Shown: positions 54,421-64,000 of the stretch, one piece after another
Layout: every line of letters starts with the position of its first letter
Numbering within the stretch: the stretch's first letter is position 1
Assembly (NCBI GenBank): GCA_963709585.1
Contig: CAVPXI010000021.1
Span: 1 to 64,000, forward strand
Origin: Candidatus Dormiibacterota bacterium
Lineage (GTDB): Bacteria; Chloroflexota; Dormibacteria; Aeolococcales; Aeolococcaceae
Length of the DNA stretch: 64,000 bases
Direction: 5' to 3'
Translations under genes and position numbers: made by a program
The notes under the pieces: model-generated
What the model was told of the DNA's origin: nothing
Seen by the model: only the letters and a program-made list of their open reading frames with translations
Databases searched by the model: none

Positions 54421-55764
54421 ATGATCCCGCTCATCATCGTCATCGTCGTCGGCCTCGTCGTCGCGGCGTTCGCCGCCGCGGCGGAAACCTCGCTCACGAG
54501 CGTGAGCAGGATCCGGATGCGAAGCCTGGCGGAGGACGGCAACAGGCGCGCCCGGACCGTGACCCGCCTGCACGCTGACCCGAACGGCTACTTGTCGACC
54601 ATCCTCAGCCTCAACACGGTCGCGGTCATCGTGGTCTCGACCGCCACCGCGTTGCTGATCGGCAGCTACCTCCGCAGCATCCCGCAGGCGATCGGCACCA
54701 TCGTGCTCTCGATCGTGGTCCTCATCTTTTGCGAGATCGCGCCGAAATCACTCGCGCTGCGCTTCAACGAGCGCTTCGCGCTGGTGCTTGCCGCTCCGGT
54801 CCAGCTCCTCACCCGGCTGCTCCGGCCGCTGGTCGGCGGGCTGAGCGCGATGTCCCGTCTGATCGTTCGGGCCGCGACCAGGGGCCACAGCGTGCGCGGC
54901 CCGTTCGTAACCGAGGAGGAGTTGAAGCTCCTCCTCTATGTCGGTGAGCAGGAGGGGATCGTCGAGCAGGAGGAGCGCGAGATGATCCACGGGATCCTCG
55001 AGATGACCGACAAGACGGTTCGCGAGGTGATGGTGCCGCGGGTCGACGTCGTCGCCGTTGAGGCGACCGACACCATCGCAGACGTGATCAAGGTGATCAT
55101 CGAGTATGGCTACTCGCGCATCCCGATCTACGAGGACAACGTCGACAACATCGTCGGCGTCGTCTATGCGAAGGATCTGCTCCGCCATGGCGTGATCGGG
55201 GACGACCAGCGCGCGCTCAAAGAGGTCGCCCGCGAGCCGTACTACACGCCCGAGGCGAAACACGTCGGCGAGCTGCTGCGCGAGATGAAGGAGCGCAAGG
55301 TGCACATCGCCGTGGTCGTCGACGAGCACGGTGGCACCGCCGGCATCGTCACCTTCGAGGACCTCATCGAGGAGATCGTCGGTCCCATCCGCGACGAGTA
55401 CGACATGCGCGAGGTCGAGGAACTGCAGATCGTCTCCGATCACGAGGTGGTGGTCAGCGCGCGATTCCCTGTCGATGACCTGAAGGAGGCGCTCGACCTC
55501 GAGGTCCCGGACGTCGAGGCGGACACCGTCGGCGGCCTGGTCTACGAGCGGCTCCAGGAGATTCCCAAGGTCGGCGCAACCATCCAGTTGGGCACCGCGA
55601 CCCTGACGGTCGAGTCGGTCCGCCGCCAGGGGATCCAGACCGTGCGCATCACCAGCCCGACCACGCTGGTGCGCGACCGGGGTGCGCGCCCCGGCGATCA
55701 CGACGATCAGCAGGAGACCCGGGACACCCACGAGGAGTCGCCTGCGCACGCTCGCCGCCAGTAG
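54421..55764 (+). CDS. CNNM/CorC (hemolysin-like) protein with CBS pair
   Basis: 'AETSLTS', 'EIAPKS', 'VREVMVPR', '[16 protein letters not shown]'; true start may be GTG 54386 if one base is missing. Confidence 0.92.
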   Translation: MIPLIIVIVVGLVVAAFAAAAETSLTSVSRIRMRSLAEDGNRRARTVTRLHADPNGYLSTILSLNTVAVIVVSTATALLIGSYLRSIPQAIGTIVLSIVVLIFCEIAPKSLALRFNERFALVLAAPVQLLTRLLRPLVGGLSAMSRLIVRAATRGHSVRGPFVTEEELKLLLYVGEQEGIVEQEEREMIHGILEMTDKTVREVMVPRVDVVAVEATDTIADVIKVIIEYGYSRIPIYEDNVDNIVGVVYAKDLLRHGVIGDDQRALKEVAREPYYTPEAKHVGELLREMKERKVHIAVVVDEHGGTAGIVTFEDLIEEIVGPIRDEYDMREVEELQIVSDHEVVVSARFPVDDLKEALDLEVPDVEADTVGGLVYERLQEIPKVGATIQLGTATLTVESVRRQGIQTVRITSPTTLVRDRGARPGDHDDQQETRDTHEESPAHARRQ

Positions 55765-55780
55765 TGCGCATGATGGTCGG

Positions 55781-56558
55781 ATGCCGACCTACAGCGACGA
55801 GGGAATCGTGCTCCGCCGCATCGACTACGGCGAGACCGACCGCATCCTCACCGTGCTGACACTCGAACACGGCAAGATCGGCGTCATCGCTCGCGGCGTG
55901 CGCAAGAGTCAGAAGCCGGCTCGCGTCGCGCACCGATCTCTTCACGCGCAGCCGCATGCAACTCGCGCGGGGGCGGGGCGAGCTCGACGTGCTCACCCAG
56001 GCGGAGACGGTTGCGGCAACTCCGCTACGCAGCGATGCGCGCCGCGCGGCGTGCGCCTCGCTGTGTGCCGAACTGACCGACCGCGTGCTCGAGAGCCATC
56101 ACGCCGACCCGGAGATCTACGCGCTGGTGGCGAATGCACTCACGGCGTGCGCCGACCCGGAACGGGACCCGCGCGTGGCGACCGTGTGGTTCGCCCGCCG
56201 GATGGTGGACCGACTCGGCTACGCTCCCCAACTGCTCGACTGTGCCGGCTGCGAGCGCCGCCTCCCGGAAGCGGCGGCGTGGTTCAGCGCTCCCGGCGGC
56301 GGGCTGCTCTGTTCCCGCTGTGCTCCAGGTGATCCCGAGGCGGTGGAGTGCGCGGTGCGGGTCATCAAGGTGCTGCGTGCGGCCGCGGACGGCGACGAGG
56401 AGCTCTGGTCGCGGCTCCGGCTCGACGCCGACACCCTCCAGACGCTCGAGCGCATCGTTGAGTCGGAGCTGGCCCACCACCTCGACCGCCGGCTGCGATC
56501 GATCGACGTGCTCCGCGCCATCGAGGGACGGAGTGCCGTGAGGCTGCCGGTAGACTGA
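55781..56558 (+). CDS. recO: DNA repair protein RecO (+1 frameshift near 55912)
   Basis: '[16 protein letters not shown]', CxxC...CxxC zinc finger; precedes glyS. Confidence 0.92.
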
Positions 56559-56564
56559 CCCGCC

Positions 56565-57964
56565 ATGGCCGAGGACCAGGCGCAATCGGACGTCATCGAG
56601 AAGCTCGTCTCGCTGTGCAAACAGCGCGGGTTCGTGTACCCGTCGAGCGAGATCTACGGCGGTCTCAACGCCGTGTACGACTTCGGCCCGCTGGGTGTCC
56701 GTTTGCGCCGCAACATCCGCGATCGCTGGTGGGAGTCGATGGTGGAGTTGCGCGACGACGTCGAGGGCATCGAATCCGCGATCCTCATGAATCCCGAGGT
56801 CTGGGTCGCAAGCGGGCACGTGGCAGGCTTCACCGACCCGCTGGTGGATTGCACCGGCCCGTGCAAGAAGCGCTGGCGCGAGGACCATCTCGCCGACGAG
56901 CGGCGCGCCCGTGGCAAGCCGCCGGATGCGCCGGGTTGTCCCGAATGCGGCGGGGCGCTGACCGCGGCACGCCAGTTCAACCTCATGTTCAAGACCTTCA
57001 TCGGTCCCGTCGAGGAGGACGCTGCCCAGATCTGGCTGCGTCCGGAGACGGCTCAGGGCATGTTCGTGAACTTTGCGAACGTGGTCAATTCGACACGCCG
57101 CCGGCTGCCGTTTGGCATCGCCCAGCAGGGCAAGGGATTTCGCAACGAGATCTCCCCGGGCAACTTCGTCTTTCGCCTGCGCGAGTTCGAGCTGATGGAG
57201 ATGGAATACTTCTGCAAGCCGGGGAGCGACCGCGAGCTGCACGAGTACTGGTGTGCGGAACGGCTTCGCTGGCACGTCGACGTCTTGGGTGTGCGCACGG
57301 CGAATCTTCGTCTCCGCCCGCATGCGAAAGAGGAGCTGTCCCATTACAGCTCCGCCACCAGCGACATCGAGTACCGATACCCCTTCGGGTGGGGCGAGCT
57401 GGAAGGGGTCGCGGATCGCACCGATTTCGACCTGAAGACGCACATGCAGCACAGCGGTCGCGATCTCTCCTACTTCGACACCGAGACCAACGAGCGTTAC
57501 GTCCCCTTTGTGATCGAGCGGCGGTCAGCACCGACCGGATCTTCATCACCTTGCTGGTCGACGCGTATGACGAGGAGGAGGTGCGCGGCGAGAAGCGCGT
57601 AGTGCTCCACCTGCATCCCGATGTCGCCCCGGTGCAGGTCGCGGTGCTGCCGCTGTCCAAGAAGCCCGAGCTCACCGAACCCGCGCGTCGCATCGAGCAT
57701 GACCTGCGCCCCGGCTTCGCGACCATGTACGACGAGACCCAGGCCATCGGCCGCCGCTACCGCCGGCAGGACGAGATCGGCACGCCGCTGGCGGTCACCT
57801 TCGATTTCAACTCGCTGAATGACCACGCCGTGACCATCCGTGAACGCGACGGGATGTCGCAGGTGCGCGTGCCCATCGACGGTCTGCACGATGCGCTGCG
57901 CGATCAGCTCGCCGCGGGGCGCGCACGAGCACGCGAGCGGGCGAACGGCGGACACGGCGCGTAG
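56565..57964 (+). CDS. glyS: Glycine--tRNA ligase, alpha2 type (-1 frameshift near 57519)
   Basis: 'LRPETAQG', 'FRNEI', 'ELSHYS', 'IGRRYRRQDEIGTP'. Confidence 0.95.
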
Positions 57965-57973
57965 CATCCCGGC

Positions 57974-59104
57974 GTGGTGAGTGCTCGCAGCGACACCGAC
58001 GCGGTGGCCGCCGGTGTGCTCGACCTCCTGGCCCTCGGCGACGCGCCCGACCTCAACACGGTGCTCGAGCGGATCGTCCGTGCAGCACGGCGTCAGGCCT
58101 CGGCTCGATATGGGGCGATCGGGGTGCCCGACGGTCGCGGCGGCTTCGCCCGTTTCGTCACCTCGGGCATCAGCGAGCGGGTGGCGACGACCATCGGTGA
58201 GCTGCCGCGAACCCACGGCGTCCTCGGCGCGCTCCTCGAGGAAGGTCCGATCCTGCTCGACGACATCCGGCGGCACCCACGCTTCTCGTACTACCCCGCG
58301 CACCATCCGACGCTCACCGACTTCCTGGGTGTGCCGATCACGCACCGAGGGAGGGTGCTCGGCAACCTGTTCGTCAGCGGACACCGTTCCGGCCACTTCG
58401 CAAAGACGGACGCGCGCAGGTTGGAGACGCTCGCCGCCTACGCGGGTGTCGCCATCGCGAACGCCGAGCTGTACGCCCAGTCGCAGCGGCTCGCGGTGGT
58501 GGAGGAACGCAACCGGGTTGCGCGTGAGTTGCATGATGCCGCGACCCAGACGCTCTTCAGCCTGGTGCTCGCCGCCAGGGCGGCGGCGCTTTCCACCCGC
58601 GACGAGGAAGCACGCGCCGCGATCCTCGGGTTCGAGGAGCGCACCACGTCCGCGCTGCAGGAGTTGCGCAGCCTCGTCCACGCACTCCGCCCCAAGAGCC
58701 TCGAGCGTGACGGGCTCGCCGCGACCCTGGCCGACCACGCCGAGGCATTGCGCACCAGCGGAGCGCGCGTCGTCATCGACGCGGCCGAGGGCGTGCGCCT
58801 CCCGCTCGAGAGCGAGCACGCGCTGCTCCGGATCGCCCAGGAGGCACTCCACAACGCGATGCGTCATGCGCCCGGCTCGTCGATTCGCGTGACCTTGCGG
58901 GCGGGGGCGCGGACGGTGACGCTGCGCGTCCACGACGACGGCCCCGGCTTCGATGTCGAGGCGCTGCCGCGGTCGCGGCGTGGGATGGGTCTCGCGACCA
59001 TGCGCGAACGCGCAGAGGAGATCGGTGCGAGTCTCGATATCCGGACGCGTGCGGGCGCCGGGACGACGGTGAGCGTCAGCGTTCCGATTGGCGTGGCGCC
59101 ATGA
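57974..59104 (+). CDS. Soluble GAF-domain sensor histidine kinase (HisKA_3)
   Basis: 'ARYGAIGV', 'FLGVPI', 'ERNRVARELHD', 'QEALHN', 'GMGLATMRER'; no TM segment. Confidence 0.92.
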   Translation: MVSARSDTDAVAAGVLDLLALGDAPDLNTVLERIVRAARRQASARYGAIGVPDGRGGFARFVTSGISERVATTIGELPRTHGVLGALLEEGPILLDDIRRHPRFSYYPAHHPTLTDFLGVPITHRGRVLGNLFVSGHRSGHFAKTDARRLETLAAYAGVAIANAELYAQSQRLAVVEERNRVARELHDAATQTLFSLVLAARAAALSTRDEEARAAILGFEERTTSALQELRSLVHALRPKSLERDGLAATLADHAEALRTSGARVVIDAAEGVRLPLESEHALLRIAQEALHNAMRHAPGSSIRVTLRAGARTVTLRVHDDGPGFDVEALPRSRRGMGLATMRERAEEIGASLDIRTRAGAGTTVSVSVPIGVAP

Positions 59105-59736
59105 ACGCGTCCATCCGGCTCCTCATCGTCGATGACCATTCCGTCGTTCGCGAAGGGCTGCGCGCGTTCCTGCGCCTTCAGGCAGGAATCGAGGTGGTCG
59201 GCGAGGCGGCGAGCGCCGACGACGCCGTCAGCGTCGCCGCAACGTCGTCGCCCGATGTGGTCCTGCTCGACCTGGTCATGCCCGAGGGCGATGGGATCGG
59301 GGCGATCCGCCGTCTGCTCGAGGTCGCACCCGGCGTCCGCGTGCTCGTGCTGACGAGCTTTGCCGACGACGCGCAGATCTTCGCGGCGATCGCGGCGGGA
59401 GCTGCCGGCTACCTGCTCAAGGACGTCGATCCCCAGGCGCTGGCCGACGGCATCCGCGATGTCCACGCCGGCCGCCCGGCGCTGCATGCGTCGGTCGCTG
59501 CGCGATTGATGCGCCGCAGCGGCTCCCCGCGCCCCACGTCCGACCATCTCACTCCCCGGGAACGCGACGTGCTCAGGCTGGTGGTCGAGGGGCTCGCCAA
59601 CAAGCAGATCGCGCAGCGGCTTGGAATCGGGGAGAAGACGATCAAGACCCACGTCAGCCGGCTGCTGGCGAAGCTCGGGGTGACCGACCGCACGCAGGCC
59701 GCGGTGCTCGCCATTCGCGAGGGTCTGGTCGACTAA
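59101..59736 (+). CDS. NarL/LuxR family response regulator
   Basis: 'IVDDHSVVR', 'LTPRERDVL', 'TIKTHVS'. Confidence 0.94.
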   Translation: MNASIRLLIVDDHSVVREGLRAFLRLQAGIEVVGEAASADDAVSVAATSSPDVVLLDLVMPEGDGIGAIRRLLEVAPGVRVLVLTSFADDAQIFAAIAAGAAGYLLKDVDPQALADGIRDVHAGRPALHASVAARLMRRSGSPRPTSDHLTPRERDVLRLVVEGLANKQIAQRLGIGEKTIKTHVSRLLAKLGVTDRTQAAVLAIREGLVD

Positions 59737-59738
59737 GG

Positions 59739-59785
59739 GTCCGCCCAATGGCGGACGCGCCGGTGCGGCATCCGGCGGACGCGCC
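59739..59785 (+). promoter_or_regulatory. Candidate response-regulator binding sites
   Basis: GTCCGCC-caat-GGCGGAC inverted repeat; GGCGGACGCGCC at 59750 and 59774; CAGGAT 7 nt before ATG 59815. Confidence 0.5.
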
Positions 59786-59814
59786 CGAGCGCCGGCACGC
59801 GCAGGATGGACGGC

Positions 59815-60531
59815 ATGGGAACACTGTCGGGAAAGACGGTCATGATCACCGGCGCCTCGCGAGGCCTGGGGCGCGCGCTCGCAGCAGCAGCTGCCCGCGA
59901 GGGCGCCTCGCTCGCCATCTGTGCGCGACACGGCGAGGCGCTCGAGACCGCGGCGGAAACGTGCCGCGCCTTCGGCGTCGAGGTGCTCGCCGTGCTCGCC
60001 GACGTCTCGGACGCCGCCGACGTCGAGCGCTTCGCCGCCACTGCCCTGGAACGCTTCGGTGGCGTCGACGTCCTGGTCAACAATGCCGCAGTGCTCGGCC
60101 CGCTGCCGCTGCCGCAGCTGACCGACGCTCCATCGAGCGCGCTGGAGCACGTGTTGCAGGCGAATGTGCTGGGGCCGCTGCGCCTGACCCAGGCGGTGAT
60201 CGGCGGGATGCTGCTGCGCAACCAGGGGCTCGTCGTGAACATCAGCACCGACGCCGCGCTGATCGGGTTTGCCGGCCTCGGTCTCTACAGCGCGTCCAAG
60301 GCGGCGCTCGACGCGCTGACCCGAAGTTGGTCGGCGGAGCTGCAGCACACCGCGGTGCGGGTCATCAGCGTGGACCCCGGCGACATGTACACCGAGATGC
60401 ACATGGCTGCTGACCCGGAGGCCAACCCGGAAGATCTCTTCCGCCCCGAGGATGTCGCGGAACGCCTGATCACCCTGGTGGCGGGGCGACTGCCCGCAGT
60501 CGATCGCGTCGAGTTGGCGAGCCTCGAATGA
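59815..60531 (+). CDS. SDR family oxidoreductase
   Basis: 'TGASRGLG', 'NNAA', 'YSASK', 'VDPGDMYT'. Confidence 0.92.
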   Translation: MGTLSGKTVMITGASRGLGRALAAAAAREGASLAICARHGEALETAAETCRAFGVEVLAVLADVSDAADVERFAATALERFGGVDVLVNNAAVLGPLPLPQLTDAPSSALEHVLQANVLGPLRLTQAVIGGMLLRNQGLVVNISTDAALIGFAGLGLYSASKAALDALTRSWSAELQHTAVRVISVDPGDMYTEMHMAADPEANPEDLFRPEDVAERLITLVAGRLPAVDRVELASLE

Positions 60532-61538
60532 TCACGGCACCCCGCGAGCTGCGCGCGGCGCTTCCCGCCGAGCTTCGTGGCATCCGCCGCGACGGTGCGC
60601 GATTGTGCGTCGTGGAACGGGCATTGGGCCGGATCAGCCACACCGTCGTCGCCCGGCTGGGAGAGCATCTCGCACCGGGGGATCTCCTCGTGGTCAACTC
60701 GAGCCGCACCTTGCCTGCGGCGTTGCGGGTCTACCGCGCGGGCGCAGCGCAGGTCCAGCTTCGCCCGGGCGCACTCCGCGACGGCGAGTGGGATGCGCTG
60801 GCAGTGGAGACAGCGCCGCCCCATCGCAACGTCCCGCTCCAACCGGGCGAGATCCTCCGCGCTCCAGGTGGGCTCCGTCTCCGGGTACTCGAACCCCGCG
60901 GCGACGCCCCGCTGCTCTGGCGCATGTCGGTCGAAAGCGGTGACCCGGTTCGGACCCTGCTCAGCAATGGCGAGCCGATCCGCTACTCGTACGTGCCCGA
61001 TCGGGTCCCGCTCGAGCACTACCAGACGGTGTACGCGGGCACTCCCGGCTCGGTCGAGACCCCGTCGGCCGGCCGCCACCTCACATGGGAGCTGCTCGGC
61101 GAGTTGCGCCGAGGTGGCGTCGACGTCGCTGACATCGTGCTGCACTGCGGGCTCAGCTCATTCCAGGACGACGATGTCGATCTGCAGAAGCCACTCATCG
61201 AGGAGCGCTTCGAAATCCGTCCGGACACTGCCGCCCGCATCAACCGAGCGGGACGGGTGGTGGCGGTCGGCACCAGCGTCATCCGAACGCTGGAGACTGC
61301 TGTCGACGATGATGGCGATGTGCATCCAATGAGTGGATGGACGCGCCTGGTCATCACCCCGCGCACCCGCTTGCGCGTCGTCGATGCCCTGCTCACCGGA
61401 CTGCACGAGCCCCCTGCAACGCACCTGGACATGCTCGGCGCGTTGCTCGACACAGACCTCCTCGAGCGCGCCTACGTCGAGGTTCGTGAGCGCGGCTATC
61501 TCTGGCACGAGTTCGGCGACGCGATGCTGATCGTGTAA
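60528..61538 (+). CDS. QueA-family paralog (QueA-like), function unknown
   Basis: 'YQTVYA', 'GSVETPSAGR', 'AVGTSVIRTLE', 'TGLHEP', 'YLWHEFGD' depart from canonical QueA motifs. Confidence 0.85.
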   Translation: MITAPRELRAALPAELRGIRRDGARLCVVERALGRISHTVVARLGEHLAPGDLLVVNSSRTLPAALRVYRAGAAQVQLRPGALRDGEWDALAVETAPPHRNVPLQPGEILRAPGGLRLRVLEPRGDAPLLWRMSVESGDPVRTLLSNGEPIRYSYVPDRVPLEHYQTVYAGTPGSVETPSAGRHLTWELLGELRRGGVDVADIVLHCGLSSFQDDDVDLQKPLIEERFEIRPDTAARINRAGRVVAVGTSVIRTLETAVDDDGDVHPMSGWTRLVITPRTRLRVVDALLTGLHEPPATHLDMLGALLDTDLLERAYVEVRERGYLWHEFGDAMLIV

Positions 61539-61609
61539 AGCCGCTGACCCTTTTGCAATGATCACCGCGGCTCATGCGGACGGGCCAAGAGTTCACCAGG
61601 TGGAGAGAG

Positions 61610-61933
61610 ATGGCTGAGATTTTCGTCCTTGAGTTCGAGGGCTTCGGCGCCGACGCGTACGATCGGGTCAACCAGTCGCTCGGGATCAACATGGACTCCG
61701 GAGAGGGCGATTGGCCCGCCGGTCTTCACACCCACCTGGCCGGCCCCACCGAGGGCGGCGGATGGATCGTGGTCGAGGTCTGGGAGTCCCAGGAAGACCA
61801 GGACGAATTCATGAAGACGCGCCTGGGTCCTGCTCTCCACAAGGCTGGGGTCACCGGCGCGCCGAAGCGGGCCGAGTGGTCGAAGCCCAGAGCCCACCAC
61901 ACGCCGAAAAAGGCCTCCGGGAAGGGGAAGTAA
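61610..61933 (+). CDS. Small hypothetical protein, probable ABM-like alpha-beta barrel
   Basis: GGAGAG RBS; 'GLHTHLAG', 'VVEVWESQE...F'. Confidence 0.7.
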   Translation: MAEIFVLEFEGFGADAYDRVNQSLGINMDSGEGDWPAGLHTHLAGPTEGGGWIVVEVWESQEDQDEFMKTRLGPALHKAGVTGAPKRAEWSKPRAHHTPKKASGKGK

Positions 61934-62059
61934 CCAGCTTCGTCAACCCGGGCGGGCCGCACGGCTCGCGTCGGTTCGGCCACGCGGCGGCCCGATGCTA
62001 CGCTCACGCCTTGCGTGGCGCCTTCGCGCACGCAACAACCATCACGTGAGGGCTGGCGA

Positions 62060-64000
62060 ATGGCGGTAAGCACCCGGGGCACGAAGTCGTCGAAAACGCG
62101 GTCGCGCGCCACCGCAACCCGCGGTGGGGCAACGCGGAACGTGGCCGTCCGGCCTCGCGCGCACAAATGGGTGTATCGCTTCGACGAGGGCAGTGCCTCG
62201 ATGCGCGACCTGCTCGGTGGCAAGGGCGCCGGCGTCGCCGAGATGACTCGCGCCGGCCTCCCGGTTCCGCCCGGTTTCACGATCACGACCGAGGCCTGCA
62301 ACGCGTTCTACGCCAAGGGCGGGAAGTTTCCCGACGGCCTCTGGGAGCAGGTGGAGAAAGCGCTCAAGGTCGTCGAGAAGACCACCGGTAAGGGTTTTGG
62401 CAACGCGCGCAATCCGCTCCTCGTGAGTGTGCGCAGCGGCGCGAAGTTCTCGATGCCCGGGATGATGGACACGGTCCTCAACCTCGGCCTCAACTCGGCC
62501 ACGCTCGAGGGTCTCGCAAAGCTGACCAAGGACCGGCGTTTCGCGCTCGACGCGCACCGCAGGTTCATCCAACTGTTCAGCAAGATCGTTCTCGGCATCG
62601 ACGGTCAGCTCTTCGAGGATGCGCTTGACTCGATGAAGAAGCGCAAGAAGGCGAAGACCGACGCCGACCTCAGCGCGCCGGCGCTCGAGGAGCTGATCAC
62701 CGAGTATCGGGCGATTGTCAAGCGCCACTCGCGCACCGGGTTTCCCGAGGATCCCACGGCGCAGCTGCGCGCGGCAATCGGCGCGGTGTTCGAGTCGTGG
62801 AACAACAAGCGGGCGACGGACTATCGCAACTACAACCACATCCCCCACGATCTGGGGACCGCCGTCAACGTCCAGTCAATGGTGTTCGGCAACATGGGCG
62901 ACGACTCGGGCACGGGCGTTGCGTTCACCCGTGATCCATCGACAGGAGAGCGGAAGCTCTATGGCGAGTATCTGACCAACGCGCAGGGCGAGGACGTCGT
63001 TGCGGGCATTCGGACCCCGAGGCCGATATCCGACATGGCGCGTGATCTTCCCAAGGCGTACAAGCAGTTCGAGCGAATTGCTCGCACGCTCGAGAAGCAT
63101 TACCGCGATGTGCAGGACATGGAGTTCACCATCGAGCGCGGCACGCTCTACATGCTGCAGACGCGGAGTGGCAAGCGCACCGCTGAGGCTGCGGTGAAGA
63201 TCGCGGTTGACATGGTGCACGAGCGGCTCATCACAAAGCGTGAGGCGCTGCTCCGCGTCGAACCGGATCAGGTTGATCAGCTGCTTCATACGCGGATCGA
63301 TCCGTCCGCGAAAGTCGTCGTGCTCGCCACAGGCCTCGCGGCGTCTCCTGGCGCAGCATATGGAAAGGCAGTATTCGACGCCGACCGCGCCGAGGAGATG
63401 GCGAGTAAAGGCGAGAAGGTCATCCTCGTGCGCATCGAGACCAACCCAGACGACGTCCATGGCATGATCGCGGCTCAGGGCGTGCTGACATCGCGTGGCG
63501 GCAAGAGCTCACACGCTGCCGTGGTGGCGCGCGGGATGGGGAAGCCCTGCATCGTCGGCGCTGAATCGGTGCAGGTGGATCTGAAGGGTCGCAAGTTCAC
63601 CGCCGGCAACACCACGGTCAAGGAAGGTGAGGCATTCACGCTCGACGGTTCACGTGGGCGGGTGCTGGCTGGGGCGGTTCCGATGATCGAGCCGGACAAG
63701 ATCTCGGGCGAGTTCGAAGAGCTGCTTCGCTGGGCTGACTCGATGCGCCGGCTCCAGGTGTGGGCCAACGGTGACTATCCGCAAGATGCCGAGCGCGCGC
63801 GTGAGTTCGGAGCTCAGGGCATCGGTCTCTGCCGCACCGAGCACATGTTCATGCAGCAGGAGCGCCTTCCGATCGTGCAGAAGATGATCCTCGCTGCGAA
63901 CGAGCAGGAACGCCGCAAGGAACTCGACAAGCTGCTGCCCTTCCAACGCGATGACTTCCGCGGCATCCTCGCTGCGATGCACGGATTGCCGGTGATCATC
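62060..64000 (+). CDS. ppdK: Pyruvate, phosphate dikinase (3' truncated; absent from the ORF track)
   Basis: Hand translation: 'LLGGKGA', 'LVSVRSGA', 'GGKSSHAAVVAR', 'GIGLCRTEHMF'; frame consistent from 62060 to the window end. Confidence 0.96.
   Translation, partial: MAVSTRGTKSSKTRSRATATRGGATRNVAVRPRAHKWVYRFDEGSASMRDLLGGKGAGVAEMTRAGLPVPPGFTITTEACNAFYAKGGKFPDGLWEQVEKALKVVEKTTGKGFGNARNPLLVSVRSGAKFSMPGMMDTVLNLGLNSATLEGLAKLTKDRRFALDAHRRFIQLFSKIVLGIDGQLFEDALDSMKKRKKAKTDADLSAPALEELITEYRAIVKRHSRTGFPEDPTAQLRAAIGAVFESWNNKRATDYRNYNHIPHDLGTAVNVQSMVFGNMGDDSGTGVAFTRDPSTGERKLYGEYLTNAQGEDVVAGIRTPRPISDMARDLPKAYKQFERIARTLEKHYRDVQDMEFTIERGTLYMLQTRSGKRTAEAAVKIAVDMVHERLITKREALLRVEPDQVDQLLHTRIDPSAKVVVLATGLAASPGAAYGKAVFDADRAEEMASKGEKVILVRIETNPDDVHGMIAAQGVLTSRGGKSSHAAVVARGMGKPCIVGAESVQVDLKGRKFTAGNTTVKEGEAFTLDGSRGRVLAGAVPMIEPDKISGEFEELLRWADSMRRLQVWANGDYPQDAERAREFGAQGIGLCRTEHMFMQQERLPIVQKMILAANEQERRKELDKLLPFQRDDFRGILAAMHGLPVII

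Noticed and set aside
60528-61538. Canonical queA
   Set aside because: Diagnostic motifs differ and no tgt is adjacent, so no gene symbol was given

Overview
High-GC bacterial chromosomal segment. Gene content and order (comEC-holA-rpsT, ispE, glmU-prs, recO-glyS-ppdK, alpha2-type GlyRS, many apparently leaderless genes) fit a Terrabacteria soil lineage such as Dormibacterota or Chloroflexota; this placement is inference. The window holds core genes at both ends, a complete branched-chain amino acid operon (ilvB-ilvN-ilvC-leuA-leuC-leuD-leuB-cimA, divergent ilvD) under a leader-peptide attenuator, and a ~28 kb accessory stretch (23-51 kb) of regulators, transporters, VOC proteins, oxidoreductases and repair genes ending at tRNA-Gln(TTG). 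No integrase, transposase or CRISPR array was seen. About 16 single-base frameshifts interrupt genes, and most fall at GAGTC/GACTC, suggesting methylation-induced long-read errors. Best novelty candidates: a stand-alone 48-aa GAF-helix microprotein, a membrane-anchored Ser/Thr/Cys 12-mer repeat protein, a GAF kinase/regulator/SDR/QueA-paralog module, and a 65-aa ORF coupled to ilvB.
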